Assembly: GCA_964531645.1 (NCBI GenBank)
Contig: CAZHEF010000001.1
Span: 227,750 to 291,749 of the forward strand
Direction of reading: 5' to 3'
From: an uncultured Clostridia bacterium
GTDB lineage: Bacteria; Acidobacteriota; Aminicenantia; JBFLYD01; JBBIMS01
DNA: 64,000 nucleotides
Shown here piece by piece: positions 47,695-58,680 of the stretch (its first letter is position 1; every line of letters starts with the position of its first letter). Position numbers and translations under genes: made by a program. The notes beneath the pieces were generated by a model. The model was given only the letters and a program-made list of their open reading frames with translations. It was not told where the DNA came from and did no database searches.

Positions 47695-50346
47695 TCAAGC
47701 TTTACCTTTTTTAAACCTCTTTATCAGTTTTTCCAGTTCAACAGCAAAGAAAAGGAGGGATGAGAAGAGAAGCATTGCTATAAATTCAGGAATTGAAAGG
47801 GGGGTTGTTTTTAGAATTTTATTGAATAGTGGGATGTAGATTGTTCCAATCTGAAGAAGAAATGTTCCTACAATTGTCCAGAAAAGGAAGGGATTTGAGG
47901 TGAAACCAATTTTGAATGTTGAATGGATGAAGGATTTGCAGGCAAAGGCATGCCATAGCTGGCTTAAACAGAGAATATTGAAAGTAATTGTCTGCCAGTG
48001 AAGATTAAATTTTATAGCTAATCCCTGCGCTAAAAGAGTTATGGCGCCAATGAATATACCTGACCAGAGGATGCTTAACCCAAGCCCTCCTGAAAAAATG
48101 TTCTCTTTAGGATTTCTCGGAGGTCTTTCCATAATCCCTTTCTCCTCTTTTTCAGATGAGAAGGCAATTCCTGGAAGTCCATCTGTTACAAGGTTTATCC
48201 AGAGGATCTGTATTGGTTGAAGAGGGAGGGGGAGTCCGAAGAAAGGAGCAAGAAAAATTGCGGTTATCTCTCCAACATTACTGGCAAGAATGAATCTTAT
48301 AAATTTAAGGATATTGTCGTAAATTTTTCTCCCTTCCTTTATTGCCTTTACAATTGTGGCAAAGTTATCATCAAGAAGAATCATGTCTGATGCTTCTTTT
48401 GCAACATCAGTTCCAGTTATTCCCATCGCAACTCCAATATCTGCCTTCTTCAGGGAAGGAGCATCGTTTACACCATCACCTGTCATTGCCACATATTCTC
48501 CCTTATCCTGGAGAGCTTTTACAATCTTCAATTTCTGTTCCGGCGCAACCCTTGCATAAACTTCAATTTTATTTACTCTCTCTTCAAGCTCCGATAGAGT
48601 GATAGCATCAAGTTTTACTCCTGTAATTATTGAATAATCATCCTCTAAAATCATGAGTTTCTTTGCGATAACCTTTGCTGTTAAAGGATGGTCACCAGTA
48701 ATCATCACTGGTTTGATGCCGGCTGATTTACAAAGTCTGACTGCCTCAAACGCCTCTTCCCTTGGAGGATCTATCATCCCTATAAATCCGATAAAGGTAA
48801 GATCATCTTCAACATTTTCAGGCTCAAAATTTTCTGGAAGAGAATTCCACTCTCTTATTGCGAAGCCGAGAACCCTCAACCCATCCCCAGCCATTTTCTC
48901 ATTAGTGATTGTTAATATATTCCTATCAATCTCCCTAACTTTTCCATCCATCACAAACTTTGAAGACTTTGCAACAATAACCTCTGGAGCTCCCTTTGTA
49001 ATTGATAAAATTTTCCCATCCTTCCATTCGTGAAAGGTTGTCATACATTTCCTCTCTGAATCGAAGGGAATTTCAGCAATTCTTTTCATATCCTTTTCAA
49101 TTTCTTCCTTTCCCATTCCAGAGTCCATCCCTAATTGGAGAAGGGCTATCTCAGTGGGGTCACCGATGAATTTATCTCCCTGGAAGGATGCATCATTGGA
49201 TAATGTAGCGATCTTTAAAAGGAAAGAAATTGAATTCAAATTGTTTCCATTTTCTAAAGCTTTCATATTCTCTTTTTTGTAAATTTTCCCATTCCAGAAA
49301 ATCTCCTCCACTTTCATTCTGTTAACCGTTAGAGTTCCTGTCTTGTCTGTGCATATGTAAGTTATAGAGCCAAGGGTTTCAACTGCTGGAAGCCTTCTTA
49401 TTAAAGCATTCTCCTCAACCATCCTTTTTGCACCAAAAGAAAGGGATATAGTTATAACTGCAGGCAGAGCTTCTGGTATTGCAGCAACTGCAAGGCTAAC
49501 GGCAGTTATAAAAAGGAGTATAGGTTCTCCTCCTCTCAGTAATCCAATCAAAAATACCATCGTACATATGAAGAGAAATGCTATTGAAAGTTTTTTTCCA
49601 AGATCTGTAAGCCTTCTCTGAAGAGGGGTTTTCTCCTCCTTTGCCTCCTGAAGCATGTTTGCAATTCTGCCAAGCTCCGTTCTCATTCCTGTTTCAACAA
49701 CAATCCCATTCCCTCTACCCATCGTGACAGCGGTTCCTTTAAACAGCATATTTTTCCTGTCTCCAAGGGGAAGATGCTTTTCCTTCAGAGTTTTTGTTAT
49801 TTTTTCAACAGGAACAGACTCCCCTGTTAATGATGCCTCATTTACTTTTAACTGATATGCCTCTATCAATCTAATATCTGCAGGAACAACATTTCCTGCT
49901 TCGATCAGAACAACATCACCTGGAACAATCTCTTCAACAGGAATCTTTTTTATCTCTGAATCCCTTAAAACCATTCCTTCCGGTTCTGCCATTTCCCTCA
50001 GTTTTTCCATTGCTCTTTCCGCTTTGTATTCCTGAACAAAACCAATAACTGCATTGAGGAAAACTATGAGAAGGATTGCAATGGAATCCATCCCCTCTCC
50101 AAGGAATGCAGATATTATTGCAGCGATGATAAGAATTATTATCATAAAATCTGAGAACTGGCTCAGAAAAAGGAAAAAGGGGCTCTTTTTCTTTTTCTCC
50201 TCAATCCTGTTCAAACCATATATGGCTATTCTCTTTCTTGCCTCATCAGAAAAAATCCCCGATGGCGATGAATCAAGGATTTCAAAAATTTCCTCTATTT
50301 CTTTTCTATACCAGTCGGTTCTAACCTCTTCCATATAAAACCTCAA
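47695..50346 (-). CDS. P-type cation-transporting ATPase (type II, Ca2+/cation pump-like)
   Basis: DKTGTLT phosphorylation motif, TGDGVNDAP hinge, 10 TM helices. Confidence 0.9.
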   Translation of the reverse strand: MRFYMEEVRTDWYRKEIEEIFEILDSSPSGIFSDEARKRIAIYGLNRIEEKKKKSPFFLFLSQFSDFMIIILIIAAIISAFLGEGMDSIAILLIVFLNAVIGFVQEYKAERAMEKLREMAEPEGMVLRDSEIKKIPVEEIVPGDVVLIEAGNVVPADIRLIEAYQLKVNEASLTGESVPVEKITKTLKEKHLPLGDRKNMLFKGTAVTMGRGNGIVVETGMRTELGRIANMLQEAKEEKTPLQRRLTDLGKKLSIAFLFICTMVFLIGLLRGGEPILLFITAVSLAVAAIPEALPAVITISLSFGAKRMVEENALIRRLPAVETLGSITYICTDKTGTLTVNRMKVEEIFWNGKIYKKENMKALENGNNLNSISFLLKIATLSNDASFQGDKFIGDPTEIALLQLGMDSGMGKEEIEKDMKRIAEIPFDSERKCMTTFHEWKDGKILSITKGAPEVIVAKSSKFVMDGKVREIDRNILTITNEKMAGDGLRVLGFAIREWNSLPENFEPENVEDDLTFIGFIGMIDPPREEAFEAVRLCKSAGIKPVMITGDHPLTAKVIAKKLMILEDDYSIITGVKLDAITLSELEERVNKIEVYARVAPEQKLKIVKALQDKGEYVAMTGDGVNDAPSLKKADIGVAMGITGTDVAKEASDMILLDDNFATIVKAIKEGRKIYDNILKFIRFILASNVGEITAIFLAPFFGLPLPLQPIQILWINLVTDGLPGIAFSSEKEEKGIMERPPRNPKENIFSGGLGLSILWSGIFIGAITLLAQGLAIKFNLHWQTITFNILCLSQLWHAFACKSFIHSTFKIGFTSNPFLFWTIVGTFLLQIGTIYIPLFNKILKTTPLSIPEFIAMLLFSSLLFFAVELEKLIKRFKKGKA

Positions 50347-50432
50347 ACAGAAATTTTATAATATTTTCTTAAAATTTGGAATGCCAAAGTATTCTAAATT
50401 TTGAAAAATTCAATAAGATTCAATGAATTACC

Positions 50433-50462
50433 TTGACATTATAGTAAAAATCCAGATAAAAT
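50433..50462 (+). promoter_or_regulatory. candidate sigma70-type promoter for the pilus/secretion operon (TTGACA-N18-TAAAAT)
   Basis: -35 hexamer at 50433-50438, -10-like hexamer at 50457-50462. The -10 lies only 9 nt before the mshE-like ATG, so possibly a leaderless transcript. Confidence 0.25.
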
Positions 50463-50471
50463 AAAAAAGGA

Positions 50472-52157
50472 ATGGAGATTACAAAGAAAGAACAAAAACC
50501 TAAGCTTCTTGGAGAGAGGCTTCTTGAGCTGGGGCTCCTTACACCCCAGCAACTGGAGATAGCCCTGAAGGAACAGAAAAGAACAGGAGAGTTGTTAGGT
50601 GAAATCCTTGTAAATTTAGGATTTATATCCCAGGATGTCCTTTCCTCAACTCTTGCCTCACAATCAGGCGTTGAGTATCTTGATTTGAAAAGAACAATTG
50701 TTGAAACCGATGCTCTTGAGCTTGTTTCAGAATCCTTTGCAAGGGAGAGAAAGGTAATGCCGATTTCCCTTCAGAACAATGTTCTAACAGTGGCAATGGC
50801 AAATGTTTTTGATGTTGAAATAATTACAGAACTGGAGAGAATGACGAAAAAACTTATAAAGGTTGTATCTGCTCCAGAAACTGAAATTTTAAGTGCCATT
50901 GATTCCAATTACATTGGAGGAGCTTCCATTGATGAGTTGATAGAGGATAGTGTAAGACTTGCAACAAGATTTGGAGGGGCGGAGGTTGCAATTGCTGAGG
51001 AAGCTCCAATTGTAAAACTTGTAGACCAGTTGATTTTTAAAGGAGTAAAGGAGGGTGCAACTGACTTACACATTGAACCTGAAGAAAAAATTGTAAGAAC
51101 AAGATACAGAATAGATGGGATCCTTTACAGTGGTCCAACTTTTCCCAAGAGTCTTCAACCATCAATTACAGCGAGGTTGAAAATTCTTGGTGGAGCAAAT
51201 ATTGCGGAGACAAGACTCCCGCAGGATGGGAGAATGAAATTACAGCTTGGAAGAAAAGTTCTGGATATAAGAGCCTCCTTCTTTCCAACGATCTATGGCG
51301 AAAATGTTGCTTTAAGAATTCTTGACAAAACCCGATTAATCCTCGGCCTTGACCAGCTTGGATTTAATGCTGAAAATCTTGCAATTTTTAAAAGATTGAT
51401 AGAAAAACCATATGGAATAATTCTTGTTACAGGTCCTACAGGTTCAGGAAAGACAACAACTCTTTACGCGGCTCTTTCCTATCTAAATTCTCTTGAAAAA
51501 AACATAATGACTGTTGAAGACCCAGTGGAGTATGAGTTTCCAATAATAAGACAATCTCAGGTAAACCCAAGGGCGGGTTATAATTTTGCTGAATCAATGA
51601 GGGCAATTCTGAGACAGGATCCCGATATAATATTTGTTGGTGAGATGAGGGATAGGGAAACTGTTGACATGGCTATTAGAGCAGCTCTGACCGGTCATCT
51701 TGTCCTCTCCACCCTTCATACTAATGACTCAATAAGTGCAATCCCTCGATTGATGGATATGGGAGCAGAGCCTTTTTTAATCGCATCAACAGTTATAGGA
51801 GTTGTAGCCCAGAGATTGGTCCGTTTGATATGTGAGGACTGTAAAGTTCCCTATCAACCATCAGAGGATATTTTAAAAAGGATAGGCTGGCAGAAAGGTA
51901 TTCCAACTTTATACAAGGGAGAAGGTTGTCCAAAGTGCGGGAAGAGAGGTTATCGAGGGAGGATGGGACTTTTTGAGGTTTTTACAGTAACGGACAGGAT
52001 AAGAAAACTTATAAATGAAAAAGCTGATTTTGTTAAATTAAGGGAGACAGCTCTTGAAGAGGGGCTCGTAACTCTTTTTGAGGATGGGATTGAGAAAGCA
52101 AAGAATGGTCTTACAACGATAGATGAGGTTGTAAGGGTGGCTTTCGGAGAATTCTAA
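50472..52157 (+). CDS. type IV pilus / T2SS assembly ATPase, MshE/PilB/GspE family with N-terminal MshEN-like domain
   Basis: Walker A GPTGSGKTT, His box, tetracysteine CEDC...CPKC. N-terminus RLLELGLLTPQQLEIAL..Q plus a second LGEILVNLGFISQDVL repeat. Confidence 0.85.
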   Translation: MEITKKEQKPKLLGERLLELGLLTPQQLEIALKEQKRTGELLGEILVNLGFISQDVLSSTLASQSGVEYLDLKRTIVETDALELVSESFARERKVMPISLQNNVLTVAMANVFDVEIITELERMTKKLIKVVSAPETEILSAIDSNYIGGASIDELIEDSVRLATRFGGAEVAIAEEAPIVKLVDQLIFKGVKEGATDLHIEPEEKIVRTRYRIDGILYSGPTFPKSLQPSITARLKILGGANIAETRLPQDGRMKLQLGRKVLDIRASFFPTIYGENVALRILDKTRLILGLDQLGFNAENLAIFKRLIEKPYGIILVTGPTGSGKTTTLYAALSYLNSLEKNIMTVEDPVEYEFPIIRQSQVNPRAGYNFAESMRAILRQDPDIIFVGEMRDRETVDMAIRAALTGHLVLSTLHTNDSISAIPRLMDMGAEPFLIASTVIGVVAQRLVRLICEDCKVPYQPSEDILKRIGWQKGIPTLYKGEGCPKCGKRGYRGRMGLFEVFTVTDRIRKLINEKADFVKLRETALEEGLVTLFEDGIEKAKNGLTTIDEVVRVAFGEF

Positions 52158-53368
52158 TGCCATATTATCTCTATAAAGCAAGGGATGGGAGAGGGAAGGA
52201 AGTTAAAGGTGTTGTTATAGCTGAAAACGAAAGTGCTCTTTCCCTGACCCTTGAAAGGATGAATCTTTACCTGGTTAGCGCAAAGGAGGTGAAAAAAGAG
52301 AGGGAGAGTTTAAGACCTGTCGGCGTCAAAAGAAGAGATTTAATTACTTTTACAATCCATCTATCAACTTCCATTGAGGCTGGAATTGCAATAATAACAG
52401 CAATAAGGGATTTTGCAGAGAGCACTGAAAACCAGAAGTTTAAAGAGGTTCTTAATGACATTGTAAAACAGCTGGAAGCAGGAGCTTTTCTATCCGATGC
52501 CATGAGCAAGTATCCAAGGGTTTTCTCTGAATTATATGTTAATATTTTAAGAGCAGGTGAGGCAACAGGTAATGTTGATATGGTTTTAAAAGACCTTGTG
52601 AGATTTCTTGAATGGCAGGAAGAGCTTTCTGCTCAGGTTAAACAAGCTTCCATATATCCAACATTTGTCATTTCTCTGATAATTGGAGTGATTACAATAA
52701 TGATGACATTCACCCTCCCAAAATTCTTCCCTATTTTAAAAAGTTTCAATGTTGAACTTCCTCTTCCTACAAAAATTCTTATGACGGTTTCATCATTTTT
52801 TGCAAGATTCTGGTGGGCATTTTTGGGAGTAATTATTGGCTTTGTAATAATTTATATGATAACTAATAGAACTCCTGAAGGGAAAAGGTTCTGGGATAAA
52901 ATAGAACTCGGGCTTCCGATATTTGGAAGTCTAAACAGAAAAGTTGCCCTTTCAAGATTCTCCCATTATTTGAGCATTCTCTACAAAGCTGGAATCGGGA
53001 TTGTCCAGGCTCTATACATAGTTGAGAAAATAGTTGGGAATTCAATTATCGCGGGTGAAATTAAAAGAGTAAGGGAAGGAATTGTGAGAGGTGAGAGTCT
53101 ATCTGAAGGCTTGAAAAAATCAAAATATTTCCCTCCCCTTGTAAATAGAATGATTGAGGTAGGTGAGGACACAGGAAAGCTTGACGAAAGTCTTAACAAA
53201 GTTTCTGAATATTATGATAGAGAAGTTCCCGCTGCAATAAGGAGATTTTTCGCAATCCTAGAACCAACCATGATAGTTCTTTTGGGAGGGATGGTTCTAT
53301 TTATGGCTCTTTCAATATTCTTGCCCATGTATAGACTAACATCCACTATAGGAGCTGTTGCCAGATGA
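52157..53368 (+). CDS. pilus/T2SS inner-membrane platform protein (PilC/GspF/MshG family)
   Basis: 403 aa with two GspF repeats and 3 TM segments. Start overlaps the mshE stop. Confidence 0.85.
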   Translation: MPYYLYKARDGRGKEVKGVVIAENESALSLTLERMNLYLVSAKEVKKERESLRPVGVKRRDLITFTIHLSTSIEAGIAIITAIRDFAESTENQKFKEVLNDIVKQLEAGAFLSDAMSKYPRVFSELYVNILRAGEATGNVDMVLKDLVRFLEWQEELSAQVKQASIYPTFVISLIIGVITIMMTFTLPKFFPILKSFNVELPLPTKILMTVSSFFARFWWAFLGVIIGFVIIYMITNRTPEGKRFWDKIELGLPIFGSLNRKVALSRFSHYLSILYKAGIGIVQALYIVEKIVGNSIIAGEIKRVREGIVRGESLSEGLKKSKYFPPLVNRMIEVGEDTGKLDESLNKVSEYYDREVPAAIRRFFAILEPTMIVLLGGMVLFMALSIFLPMYRLTSTIGAVAR

Positions 53369-54858
53369 CAAGGGTTGTTATGAAGAAAGATTTCATGGCA
53401 ATAGGAATTGAGGAGAATGAAGTAAAATTAATGGAGATTGAATTTAAGGGAAAACTTTTGAATGTAAAGAGAGCGCTGATATTCAATATAACAAATATTG
53501 AAGAGCTTTCCTCATCCCTGATGGAAAAAATCAAGAAAGATGGCTATACAAAGAAAACTGCTATAGTCCTCCTTCCATTTTCAAAGGTGTCAAATTTTAC
53601 ATTGACATTACCGCCAATGCCAAAGTCAGAAATAAAAAGTGTGGTGGAAAGGGAGCTGAGGAAAAATTATCAGTTTCTTGAAGACATCTGTTACGAATTT
53701 TTTGTTGCAGGGACCAAATTCGAAGCGGAAGAAAAGAAGAAAGAGATTGTTGTAACGCATGTAGCAAGGGATTATATTAATTGGATCATCGACGCTTTAA
53801 ATAAATGCGGATTGATACCAGTTATAATAACATCTCCCTTTCAGGCTTATCATAATCTCCTTACTTTCTCAAAATTCTATAAGCCCGGGAAATCAATAGC
53901 ATTTCTTGATGTCTCAGAGTCAAAGGCTTCAATTGCTCTTTTCAGGGAGAGTACATGGTTTTTATCCCGAGATTTCGCTCTTGGAAGTTTCGAAGGTGGT
54001 AGCGGTCTTGACAAATTATTCATTGAGGTCAACAGAGCTTTTCATTATTTTAAGCAGAGAAACAGAGGTTATGAAATTAATCAACTAATAGTTGGAGGGA
54101 GTAATCCAGCTTTAAAGGAAATAAAAGATTATCTTTTGAAAACTCTTAGAATTCCTGTCCACATTGTGGACTGGGAGTTGCTAAAAGATTTTATGCTTTC
54201 CCGTTCTTTCCCTCCCGAGGAGCTTGATTATTTTGCCAACTCCTTTTTTCTTTTAGTAGGAGCCTCCCTCAACTATTTTGTAAAGGATGCCATTAATTTC
54301 ATCCCTCCAGAAATATACGAAAAGAGAATGTTAAAATACAGGCTTAGAGGTCTTGGTATAGCTGCTCTGGCTCTCCTTTCACTTGTTGTTTTTGCGAATA
54401 AATATCTTGGTTCCATCCAATGGAGTTATAACCAGTCTCTCCTTGTCCAGAAAAACTATATAGAAAAGCAAACATCTCAGATAAAAGATATTGAATCGTC
54501 AAAAAAGGAGAGACGACTTGCCCATAAAAGATTCTCTACTCTTCGTTCTCCTTATAAATATTCCAGTAATTTTTCTGAGTTTTTAAGAGAGCTTTCTCTG
54601 ATTGTGCGTGAAGAGATAAAAATAGATTTTCTTGAATCCCAAAAAATAGAAAATGGATGGAGATTTTCCTTTGATGGTAATGTTGTTGCTAATGATCCTC
54701 TACAAGCTCAGGAAATCTTTTCCAATTTCTCTGAGAGAATTAAAAAGATTCAATTTATAAAAAATCTTAATATCTCATCTCTCCAGATGAAAAGTAATCC
54801 AATGGAAAGTAATAAAGTAACAATGATATTTAAAGTCCAGGGGGAAATTGAATTATAA
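53365..54858 (+). CDS. PilM-PilN fusion (MshI-like): actin-like ATPase-fold domain + bitopic PilN-like domain
   Basis: N-terminal ~310 aa actin-fold-like. TM at about residue 330, preceded by FIPPEIYEKR (PilN-like). Confidence 0.6.
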   Translation: MTRVVMKKDFMAIGIEENEVKLMEIEFKGKLLNVKRALIFNITNIEELSSSLMEKIKKDGYTKKTAIVLLPFSKVSNFTLTLPPMPKSEIKSVVERELRKNYQFLEDICYEFFVAGTKFEAEEKKKEIVVTHVARDYINWIIDALNKCGLIPVIITSPFQAYHNLLTFSKFYKPGKSIAFLDVSESKASIALFRESTWFLSRDFALGSFEGGSGLDKLFIEVNRAFHYFKQRNRGYEINQLIVGGSNPALKEIKDYLLKTLRIPVHIVDWELLKDFMLSRSFPPEELDYFANSFFLLVGASLNYFVKDAINFIPPEIYEKRMLKYRLRGLGIAALALLSLVVFANKYLGSIQWSYNQSLLVQKNYIEKQTSQIKDIESSKKERRLAHKRFSTLRSPYKYSSNFSEFLRELSLIVREEIKIDFLESQKIENGWRFSFDGNVVANDPLQAQEIFSNFSERIKKIQFIKNLNISSLQMKSNPMESNKVTMIFKVQGEIEL

Positions 54859-55529
54859 TGGAAAAAAAGAAAGTTGTTTTTTATTTAGCTAAAATTGGTG
54901 GGATTACGCTAATCATACTTGTCTCAATTTCTTTTCTTCTTTTTTCCCTCCGTCCAAAATTAGCATATTTCAAAAAAGCCAAAGAAGAGATGAAAAAGAA
55001 TCAGGCAGTTATAGAGAGGTTTGACAGGGATAAAGCTATCTTCCAGAAAGAGAGTGAGGATGAAGTAAAATTGTGGCAGGAAGTCAAAGAGGAGCTGGAC
55101 TCTAAAATTAAAAGGCTTGGTTCAGATGAAGAGATATTTTCCTATTTTTCAAGCCTTTTGAGGGAGCTTAAGGATAAAGCCTCCTCTTCAGGTATCAGGC
55201 AGGTGATGCTTCAGTCCCAGAGCAAGAGTTTTACAATTAATGTAAACCCTGACCCTTCATTTCCCTCGTTCATAAAGGGTATCAGGGAAACAGGAATTGA
55301 AAATGTGGAAGGGGAGGAAGATTTTGGTGAGCCAATCGGGAAGCTCAATTTTATTGGCTTTAAGATTTTATACACTTCAGACATAAGAACATCTTCACTC
55401 TTCATAAGGTCTCTTCCATCTCTTTCCAGTTTGTTATCAATAGAGAAGATAGAAGTTTATGCACAAGAATCTCAACCTGTTTATGTTCTTTATGTAAAGT
55501 TTTATTTTAAAAGGGTGAGAAATGCTTAA
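54858..55529 (+). CDS. PilO/MshJ-like bitopic assembly protein
   Basis: N-terminal TM then coiled coil. Assigned from position in the operon. Confidence 0.4.
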   Translation: MEKKKVVFYLAKIGGITLIILVSISFLLFSLRPKLAYFKKAKEEMKKNQAVIERFDRDKAIFQKESEDEVKLWQEVKEELDSKIKRLGSDEEIFSYFSSLLRELKDKASSSGIRQVMLQSQSKSFTINVNPDPSFPSFIKGIRETGIENVEGEEDFGEPIGKLNFIGFKILYTSDIRTSSLFIRSLPSLSSLLSIEKIEVYAQESQPVYVLYVKFYFKRVRNA

Positions 55530-56016
55530 AAATAAATATTTTGCTATGTTCCTTTCTATTATTGCAATAATTGTTGTCTATTTCTTTTTTGTAAAAGGAT
55601 TTATTATGAAAAGGCAGGCAAGATCCTTTGTCCAGAAGCCTCTTAAAAAAGTTGAAGAAAAATACGAAGCTCCGGTAAGCGAAAGTATTGATTTAAATAA
55701 CCCTTTTAAAATGGAGCAGATTTCTTACAATCCGGATGAGGAGTGGGGGAGAGATATTTTCAAAAGAGTTTCAATGGAAGAGAAGATTGAAGAAGCTCTA
55801 ATGGAGGAACTTCCAAAACTTGCTGCAATTATCAGGGACAACCAGAGAATTCTTGCAATATTGAACGGAAAAATTGTTAAAGAAGGTGAAAGAATTGATG
55901 GAATTCTTGTGAAAAAGATTCTTACAAACAGTGTTATAATAGATAGAGGAGCAGGCGAAGAGCATGTTTATATTTTTAATCTCCAGAAAGGAGGTCAATT
56001 TGAAAAAAATAATTAA
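55522..56016 (+). CDS. PilP/MshK-like small periplasmic assembly protein
   Basis: TM/signal anchor plus ~130-aa periplasmic domain. Assigned from position. Confidence 0.35.
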   Translation: MLKNKYFAMFLSIIAIIVVYFFFVKGFIMKRQARSFVQKPLKKVEEKYEAPVSESIDLNNPFKMEQISYNPDEEWGRDIFKRVSMEEKIEEALMEELPKLAAIIRDNQRILAILNGKIVKEGERIDGILVKKILTNSVIIDRGAGEEHVYIFNLQKGGQFEKNN

Positions 56017-57766
56017 ATTTTTAATTCTAACGATAATATTTCTTTTGTTTTATTCCTGTGCCCCAAAGATTGGAAAAATAGAAACAATACCTCCTGAAAA
56101 AAAAGCTGAAGAAATACCACTGGTTGACCTTACCATTACAAAAACGGAAGAAATAAAGAAGGAGCTCCCCGCTGAAGAGGGAAGGAGACAGATTGTAAAG
56201 GTAAAGGATGTAGACATAAAAGATCTCCTCCTTGCTCTGACAGCAGATACTGACATAAGTTTAATAATAGATCCTGATGTAAAGGGGATTATTCCAATTC
56301 TCGATGTTAAAGATATAACCCTCGGAAAATTACTTAATTATGTTCTCCCTCAGCTTGGTCTTGCCTATTCCTGGGATGGAAAGATTTTAAGGGTTTTTAA
56401 AGCCCGGCTTGAGACAAGAGTCTTCTATCTTAACTACATTGCAGTTGCAAGGGAGGGTGAAAGGAATGTATCTTACTCTACTCGCTCCACAGTTGGTGGA
56501 GGCGGAATGGGAGCAATGGGTGGAGTTGGAGGAGTAGGTGGCGTGTCCGGGGGAGTAACTGGAATGGGTGGATTTGCAGGAGGAGGTAGTGGAGCAGAAG
56601 CGCAAAGCACAACAAACATAAAAACAAAAACAGAGACAAACATATGGAATGACCTTGTTTCAGGACTCGAAGCTATAGTTTTCGGAAAAAGTACAGGAGG
56701 AGCTGAAAAAGCAAAGGTTCCGGAATCATACTCCCGATCTGACGAAGAGGGAAGAAGACTTATAGTATCACCCCAGACCGGCGTCATAATGATTACAGAT
56801 TATCCTAAAAAAATTAGTCAAGCTGCCCATTTCATTGAATCCCTTGAAGGTTCTTCCCAGAGACAGGTCTGGATTGAGGCAAAAATTCTTGAGGTTATTC
56901 TTGACCAGAAGCATCAGATGGGTGTAAACTGGAATGCGGTTTTGAATCCTGGGGAAAGATTTTTAGGGCTTCTTCCTTCTACTGATACTGTAATGTATCC
57001 GTCAACATCTTTGGATACAAGAAAACCGGTTAATCAGGATTTATCATCTTCCTATGGTAGTTTTCAGTATGGTGTTACAAACAATAAAATCGATTTTATT
57101 TTAGATGCCCTCTCAAGACAGGGACAGTTGAAAGTCTTGCTTTCTCCGAGACTCTCTGCATTAAATAATGAAAAGGCTGTTATAAGAGTTGTAAGGGAGG
57201 AAGCATTTTTCAATCTTTATACTCTTACAACAATTGCACAGGCTGGAGCTGTAACTGCTCCCTCAATAAATCTTCAAATAGTTCCTGTTGGAATAATGAT
57301 GGACATAATACCACAGATTTCACCAAGCGGTGAGATAACTCTCAGTATAAACCCGGATATTTCAGAACTTGTGGAAATAAGAACATTTCAGTCTCAGGGT
57401 GCGATGGCTACCCAACCAGTAATCGATAGAAGAAGTATAGACACAGTTGCTAAGGTTAAGGATGGTCAGACAATAATAATTGCTGGAATTATAAAAGAGA
57501 GAAAGAAAGAAGAACTGAGAGGAGCACCTTTTCTAATGAAAATACCCTTCCTTGGAACTATGTTCAGAAGAACTGAGCAGAGTGTAGAAAGGTCTGAGCT
57601 TGTAATTTTAATAACCCCAACTCTTATGGTTGGTAAAAAGATTCAGGAGCTTTCTGATGAGGAAAGAAAAAGAGTTGAAGAAGCAGTAAAGCCATTCCAT
57701 TTTGGTGATATAGAGCCTTGGAAAGAGGGCGTGAAAGGAGAATTGAAAAAGAAAAAGGATAACTGA
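55964..57766 (+). CDS. secretin (PilQ/GspD/MshL family) outer-membrane channel, lipoprotein-type
   Basis: Lipobox LFYSC and a Gly-rich linker. C-terminal secretin domain (LSPRLSALNNEKAVI, GQTIIIAGII...ELVILITP). A TTG at 56000 behind AGGAGG is a likelier start than 55964. Confidence 0.8.
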   Translation: MFIFLISRKEVNLKKIIKFLILTIIFLLFYSCAPKIGKIETIPPEKKAEEIPLVDLTITKTEEIKKELPAEEGRRQIVKVKDVDIKDLLLALTADTDISLIIDPDVKGIIPILDVKDITLGKLLNYVLPQLGLAYSWDGKILRVFKARLETRVFYLNYIAVAREGERNVSYSTRSTVGGGGMGAMGGVGGVGGVSGGVTGMGGFAGGGSGAEAQSTTNIKTKTETNIWNDLVSGLEAIVFGKSTGGAEKAKVPESYSRSDEEGRRLIVSPQTGVIMITDYPKKISQAAHFIESLEGSSQRQVWIEAKILEVILDQKHQMGVNWNAVLNPGERFLGLLPSTDTVMYPSTSLDTRKPVNQDLSSSYGSFQYGVTNNKIDFILDALSRQGQLKVLLSPRLSALNNEKAVIRVVREEAFFNLYTLTTIAQAGAVTAPSINLQIVPVGIMMDIIPQISPSGEITLSINPDISELVEIRTFQSQGAMATQPVIDRRSIDTVAKVKDGQTIIIAGIIKERKKEELRGAPFLMKIPFLGTMFRRTEQSVERSELVILITPTLMVGKKIQELSDEERKRVEEAVKPFHFGDIEPWKEGVKGELKKKKDN

Positions 57767-58680
57767 TGTACGAATCTTTTTACGGATTCAGGGATAATCC
57801 ATTTTCTCTCACACCTGACCCTAAATACTTCTTTTTCAGTAAAGACCACGAGGAGGCTCTTTCTCACATAATCTTTGCCATAAATCAAGGGGAGGGTTTC
57901 ATAGTCCTTGTTGGAGGTGTTGGGACTGGAAAAACTACGATTTCAAGGGTTTTAATGGAAAGACTTGGGAATTTTCTTTATACTTCCCTGATTTTGAATC
58001 CTTTTCTAACAGAAGTAGAACTTCTTAGTTCAATACTTTGGGACTTCCATCTCATTCCTTCAGGACATACCAAAAAGGAATTAATAGACCAGCTGAACAA
58101 ATTCCTTCTGGAAGAGGTTGCCCCCTCTGGAAAGAGGGCTCTTGTAATAATTGACGAAGCCCAGAACCTGAGCATGGAAGTTATGGAGCAGATAAGACTT
58201 CTGTCAAACCTTGAAACAGACAAAGAGAAGCTTCTTCAAATACTCCTCATTGGTCAGGAGGAGCTTGTAAAAAAACTTTCAAATCCCTTCCTCAGACAGC
58301 TTAACGGAAGAATCACAACAAGATATTTTCTTTCACCTCTTAAGAAAAAGGAGCTGAGGGAATATATGGAGCACAGGTTAAAAGTTGCATCTCCTAAGGT
58401 TAATGTTAAATTTACAAAAGGCGCTATTAAAGAAGTTTATAAGTTTTCGAAAGGTATTCCTCGTTTAATCAATATGATATGCGATAGAGCATTGCTTGCT
58501 GGTTTTGTAAAAAGTTCAACAACAATTGACAGAGGAATGGTTATAAAGGCAAGAAGGAGCCTTGTTGGAGAGAAGGAAAAGGAGTTTGAAAGAATTATTA
58601 ACAGGAAAAAAGGTTTGAAAAAACTCCTTTCCTTTTTCAAGAGAAAATCAGTCTTAGATTTTAATCTTTCACGAAGATGA
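57766..58680 (+). CDS. ExeA/GspA/MshM-like AAA ATPase
   Basis: Walker A GGVGTGKTT, Walker B VIIDEAQN. Confidence 0.75.
   Translation: MYESFYGFRDNPFSLTPDPKYFFFSKDHEEALSHIIFAINQGEGFIVLVGGVGTGKTTISRVLMERLGNFLYTSLILNPFLTEVELLSSILWDFHLIPSGHTKKELIDQLNKFLLEEVAPSGKRALVIIDEAQNLSMEVMEQIRLLSNLETDKEKLLQILLIGQEELVKKLSNPFLRQLNGRITTRYFLSPLKKKELREYMEHRLKVASPKVNVKFTKGAIKEVYKFSKGIPRLINMICDRALLAGFVKSSTTIDRGMVIKARRSLVGEKEKEFERIINRKKGLKKLLSFFKRKSVLDFNLSRR

Noticed and set aside
56473-56787. Antisense ORF encoding a Pro/Thr-rich low-complexity peptide (PPTPPTPPIAPIPPPP)
   Set aside because: It is the mirror image of the Gly-rich linker in the secretin gene on the + strand, and other antisense ORFs such as 7424-7840 and 2191-2451 are equally spurious.
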